A DNA stretch of 63,849 nucleotides, counting the filler, from Olpidium bornovanus S191 (lineage: Eukaryota > Fungi > Olpidiomycota): assembly GCA_017911155.1 (NCBI GenBank). It is 24 parts of 24 records of this genome, joined end to end, with 100 filler letters (N's around TTAATTAATTAA, not from the genome) between each part and the next. Parts side by side here need not be neighbours in the genome. Positions count along the whole stretch, not along the records: positions 58,774 to 60,235 come from JAEFCI010001074.1; positions 60,336 to 61,453 come from JAEFCI010007149.1; positions 61,554 to 62,659 come from JAEFCI010002061.1; positions 62,760 to 63,849 come from JAEFCI010009924.1; 20 more parts are not named here. One strand, written 5' to 3'. Position numbers and translations under genes: made by a program. The notes below the pieces were generated by a model that did no database searches, was not told where the DNA came from, and saw only the letters and a list, made by a program, of their open reading frames with translations. This document shows positions 59,568 to 63,849 of this stretch, in pieces (the first letter of the stretch is position 1; every line of letters begins with the position of its first letter).

Positions 59568-61798
59568 CGTATATTTGCGCGTGTCACGGAACAGTGTCGG
59601 TCTCGTCAGTCGCCGTTCAGGATGGTATACGTGAGAAAACACTGGGGGGTGAGACAAGGAAACAACCGCATTCGACCCTTCCCCTCCCAAAAAAAGAAGT
59701 CGCTACGAACGATAATTTTCAATCGTCAGTTTGAATCTTCTCACGTTTCGCTGCTTGATCAGCTGCTTGAAATTTCTTAATTACGTCACGACTGGTTTTT
59801 GGCCCTCGAAACACGTTCACCGGTCGTCGCGCGCACCAAGATCCGCGGCAGGGTGGGTCCAAACCTGCGCCGACTGGCACGAGATGAGCACAGTATAGTT
59901 GTTCACCCACGATGACTTTCCATTTTCTCTCTGAAAGTCAGGATCTCGGATGTCGCATCGCAGAAGTCCGGAACGTTGCGCGACGCACCGTTGTGCCCGG
60001 CAGACATTTGCGTCAACTTATTTTTTGTGCTCTCCAGTTTTGTGCTCTCCACTCAAATCACGGGCGGGGGCGGGGAGACGTCTCTTTGGGTGCAATCAGG
60101 GCGAGCGGAAGGTCGCGCGGGGCGGGGGAGTGTGGGCGCGCGCGCGTGCGCGATGGGAAGAGGGAAAAGCCGCCCCCCCCACCCAACCCCGCAAAAGTTC
60201 GGCCAAAAAAAAAAAAGAAAAAAAAAAAAAAAAAANNNNNNNNNNNNNNNNNNNNNNNNNNNNNNNNNNNNNNNNNNNNTTAATTAATTAANNNNNNNNN
60301 NNNNNNNNNNNNNNNNNNNNNNNNNNNNNNNNNNNCATGGAGGCGTCGTCAAAGATGCAAGCGACTTACGGGCGTATCATCAAAAAGAAAGAAAACTGTG
60401 AAAGAGCCGCACTCGAAGGTATTTTTTGGTGCTCGCCTTGCGTTCGAAATAGCGCCACATTTCCGGATTTGGAGATTCAAAAAGGATTATTGCGCCGTCG
60501 ACGAAAACGGACACGGTGGGCGACAACGGATATCACTCTGCTGCTCCTGGATCGTTCGCAGCGGGCAAGCAGCAGCCGACAGGTTGCTCGTGTAAGTTTC
60601 AGGCCTGTATCGTTCGACCTGCCAAGCCTGGACAGCGGGGCATATTTGCGCACCATGGCGCACGGCGATCCGCGGGCCCGGTTAACAGCGCTTCTGTACC
60701 CTGCGTGCCCCTCTTGCCTGTTTCTCTGCGTCATATGAGCGATGCGGGGTCGTTACTGCGCTATGGGCGATGCTGGGTCTCCGCGCGGCGCGCCATGAGG
60801 TACCCGTGGGACTGAGGGCACTATTCTCCAAACAACATGGCACCCGACCGGGCGGCGCAACTCGTCCTGTTGAATCCGCCCCGCCCCGTGTTCAATTTGT
60901 AGGGTACGCGCCGCTTTCTTGCCGAATTGGCGTTGTTCGCAGGCGAGGGCGTGCGCCACCGACACGCGCGGGACCGCCCAATGGAGAAGCCTACCTGGAA
61001 GCCTACCTGGACTCGCGACGCGGACGCGGCGTTCAGGGACAACACGTGGAAGGCCCCAACTACCCACGGAGAGTTTCACACAGATTTAATCAATATCGTT
61101 GGTCGCTTGTTATCGGCACAACTTCCATCCCGCACGCCATTAACAATGGCGCCTTGGTGACTTTTTGACCAAGGCGCCGTGCCAGCACCCCGCATTTATA
61201 TCAATAGGCAATCTATATAATGATTTATTATGTATTATACATTATACATTATTTTACATTATTTATGGGTGTAAATATTAATTATGCCGCTACATTTACC
61301 GATTGCGGCACGCATACCCGGCTTTTCCCCGCGGCAAAAGAGAGAGAGTCAGAAATGAGGGGGCCAGAAGTGGGGGACACCCTGATCCTCACGGAGGCAA
61401 GAATTTCGAGCTTCGCCTTCGCTTCTATTTGATATGTAGCTGATTCATGAAGANNNNNNNNNNNNNNNNNNNNNNNNNNNNNNNNNNNNNNNNNNNNTTA
61501 ATTAATTAANNNNNNNNNNNNNNNNNNNNNNNNNNNNNNNNNNNNNNNNNNNNATTCGGTGTGGTGTAAAGACGTGGCTATCCTTTCCTTCTCTTAGCCA
61601 TGGCTTTCCCGATAAGCGCCCAGACCTCCGGGAGGTCGACTTCTTCGGCGTAGGCCATGGCCCTGTCGACATTTGCGTCGGCAGCCGCCCCACTTCTCCC
61701 AGCACCACGCGGCGGCGCAATCATCATGCGAACGGCATCTAGGTGATACCCTCGAAACGAAAGTATAAAAATCGCTTCCTAAGCGTTGGATGTTTCCG

Positions 61799-62659
61799 TT
61801 AGTGAACGCCGCCGAAAATTTGGAAATGAAAACGGAAAAGCCGTCCAACCTCCGTATACTCTGTCCTAGATACCGCCCGCGCGACCTCCACTGCGTTGTA
61901 CAGCTTCAAGCGTCTCACAGTATCTCTGAACTTCTGCGAGGTCGCTTCCCGGTCAGCGCTGTCCGAAGCGATTAGCAAGGTAACCAGGAGAGAAGTCTGG
62001 AGATAACCGTTGTCGGCGAACGCCGCCCGTGGTTTCGTCACCAGAATGTTTTCGAGGACGAGCCGCAGAGCCCTCCGATGTCTCGACCTGATTAGCACGT
62101 CGAGGAGGACTGCGAGCTGATCGTCGCTCATCACCTGCAGACCGGTACCGCCCGCGAGAGCTTTGCCGAGCATGAGCTCAATAACGGGCTCAGGGACTTG
62201 CCGCATGGCCTTTGTCCATTTCGAACGATTTCTGGCGGAGACCAGGATTCCAGCGAGTTTTGCGTGGTCGGCGGTGAACGTGGTAGAGCCGCCCGCGGCC
62301 TCGAGGAGAGCGTCGAAGCCGCCATCGGCCTCGTCCAAGGAGGCACTCAACTCGGCGGCCTGGTTGAGGTCGATCACGAGCGATCGGCGGGCGTTCTTCA
62401 TCACCTTGTCTGTCGCGGCTTGCGCCTCGATCTCGGCGGCGGCGTTTGCCGCCCGGTCCCTGGGGCGTACGACGGCCTGCCCTTGGCTTGCGGAGGCCAA
62501 GAGTTTCTCGAGCTGCTTCCTGACAGACCCTCGGGCGTCCATGGTGGCGACAAGGTAGCGCAGCTGCGGCTCCGTGGGCGGCGGCACCGCGACGGGTTCC
62601 CCGGTGAGCAAGTCTTCCCCGCGCCCGGAGAGCAACTCTTCGAAAATAGGGATGGTTTG
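61799..62659 (-). CDS. Hypothetical alpha-helical protein (internal exon)
   Basis: Open frame of over 278 aa with strong GC3 bias and a probable GTTGGA donor near 61855. No family recognised. Confidence 0.6.
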   Translation of the reverse strand, partial: QTIPIFEELLSGRGEDLLTGEPVAVPPPTEPQLRYLVATMDARGSVRKQLEKLLASASQGQAVVRPRDRAANAAAEIEAQAATDKVMKNARRSLVIDLNQAAELSASLDEADGGFDALLEAAGGSTTFTADHAKLAGILVSARNRSKWTKAMRQVPEPVIELMLGKALAGGTGLQVMSDDQLAVLLDVLIRSRHRRALRLVLENILVTKPRAAFADNGYLQTSLLVTLLIASDSADREATSQKFRDTVRRLKLYNAVEVARAVSRTEYTEVGRLFRFHFQIFGGVH

Positions 62660-62759
62660 NNNNNNNNNNNNNNNNNNNNNNNNNNNNNNNNNNNNNNNNN
62701 NNNTTAATTAATTAANNNNNNNNNNNNNNNNNNNNNNNNNNNNNNNNNNNNNNNNNNNN

Positions 62760-62790
<31 letters not shown>

Positions 62791-63054
62791 AGCAAAAAAA
62801 AAGGAAAAAAAAAGAAAAAAAAAAGATAATCTTTCCCCGCCCCCACACTTTTCTCGACCCGCACTCCTTTCGACACGCTCCTGTGCTTCTTTGCCCTTTC
62901 TGCCGGAAAAAAAAAGTATCAGTGCGCCAGAACAAACCCGTCGTCGCTCGGCCGCGAAGCTGACGAGGAACGGCTCGGGGCGGACGACATGCAAATCTGG
63001 AAAATGACATGTTGATATGAACAAACGACGTGTAACCAAATAACGCGTAAATGC

Positions 63055-63190
63055 CAACAAAATGACACGTAAATCAAAACGAATGACACGTAAATCAAAA
63101 CGAAGTACACGTAAATTGGAACGAACGACACTTAAATGCAGACAACCGACACGTAAATGTAAACGAATGACACATAAGCGAATAACACGT
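63055..63190. repeat. 21-bp tandem array, 6-7 degenerate copies
   Basis: AATGACACGTAAATCAAAACG units. Confidence 0.88.
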
Positions 63191-63849
63191 GCTCGTCCGC
63201 CGCACCCTGCGCGAGGGCCAGCTTTAACTCTCGCCACGCGATTCAATGGGCGGCGAACAAAGATTGGCCCCTGGTCCCCGCCTGCCATCGCAAGGAAATT
63301 CGCTTTCGTCACGTTCCACTCACCATTTCCAGGATCATCCCGTCGGCAGCCTCCAAGGTACACCGCCGGAGGTCGCCGCCACCGATTGTAGGCCGCTATC
63401 GAGGCACACTGACTCCTCGTGCCCCGCGCCGCTTCGTCGTGCCGTTTCGTGTCACCGACTCGTTCCGCCTTTTTTTTCTGTCCATTTGTTTTTTCTGGTT
63501 CCGTCCCCTTTGAAGGGTGGGTGGGATCACTTCGGTCCTCCGCCCACTTTCCAGGCTGTCCAAATGTGGAAAACATCTTCCAAGAAGCTTCCCGCAAACG
63601 GCGACGGATATCGTGGCCCTCTGCCGCGAAATTTCGGCGGCGGTCTATGAGCCGAGTTAGGTGGGGCTCTTTTCCAGCACGCACGAATCCCGCAAAAACA
63701 AAAACACACAAAAAACTAATCTCTCGAATCCTGTGAAACCATCCAATCCAGAAGCTTCGAAAAGCGAGGGACTCCTCTTAAAGGTCTTTCAGTGGAACCC
63801 AAGACCACCCGCGTCCGGTCAGCCCTTGCTGAAATTCAAGGGTTACATG

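Overview
This window is not contiguous DNA. It is 24 short contigs joined by an artificial 100-bp spacer (N44-TTAATTAATTAA-N44), so adjacency across gaps means nothing. The DNA is GC-rich and intron-rich with fungal-type genes, most consistent with an early-diverging fungus (inference; species not determinable). Recognisable housekeeping genes, mostly partial, are glycerol kinase, cytochrome c, a Pho80/Pcl-type cyclin, histone H2B, a 4-hydroxybutyrate-type CoA-transferase, SEC63, ATG6, DPH2, CDC123, importin-alpha and NADPH-cytochrome P450 reductase, plus a 123-bp 18S rRNA fragment. Contig 1 (1-9937) is a nest of Ty1/Copia and Ty3/Gypsy remnants. Best finding: a spliced TET/JBP-like 2OG-Fe(II) dioxygenase gene, missed by the ORF track because its HxD motif lies after an intron. 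It sits antisense between a chromovirus integrase-chromodomain and a PPT plus 3' LTR, like cargo of an LTR retrotransposon. A second, about 54%-identical fragment in the same contig is also tail-to-tail with a Gypsy integrase. Contig 3 carries a decayed protein-primed DNA polymerase B (Polinton/Maverick or Polinton-like-virus type). Other signals: 11 of 48 contig ends are exactly CATG, GTCACGTGAC E-boxes recur (one upstream of ATG6), and one contig is almost entirely satellite, including a ~180-bp monomer.
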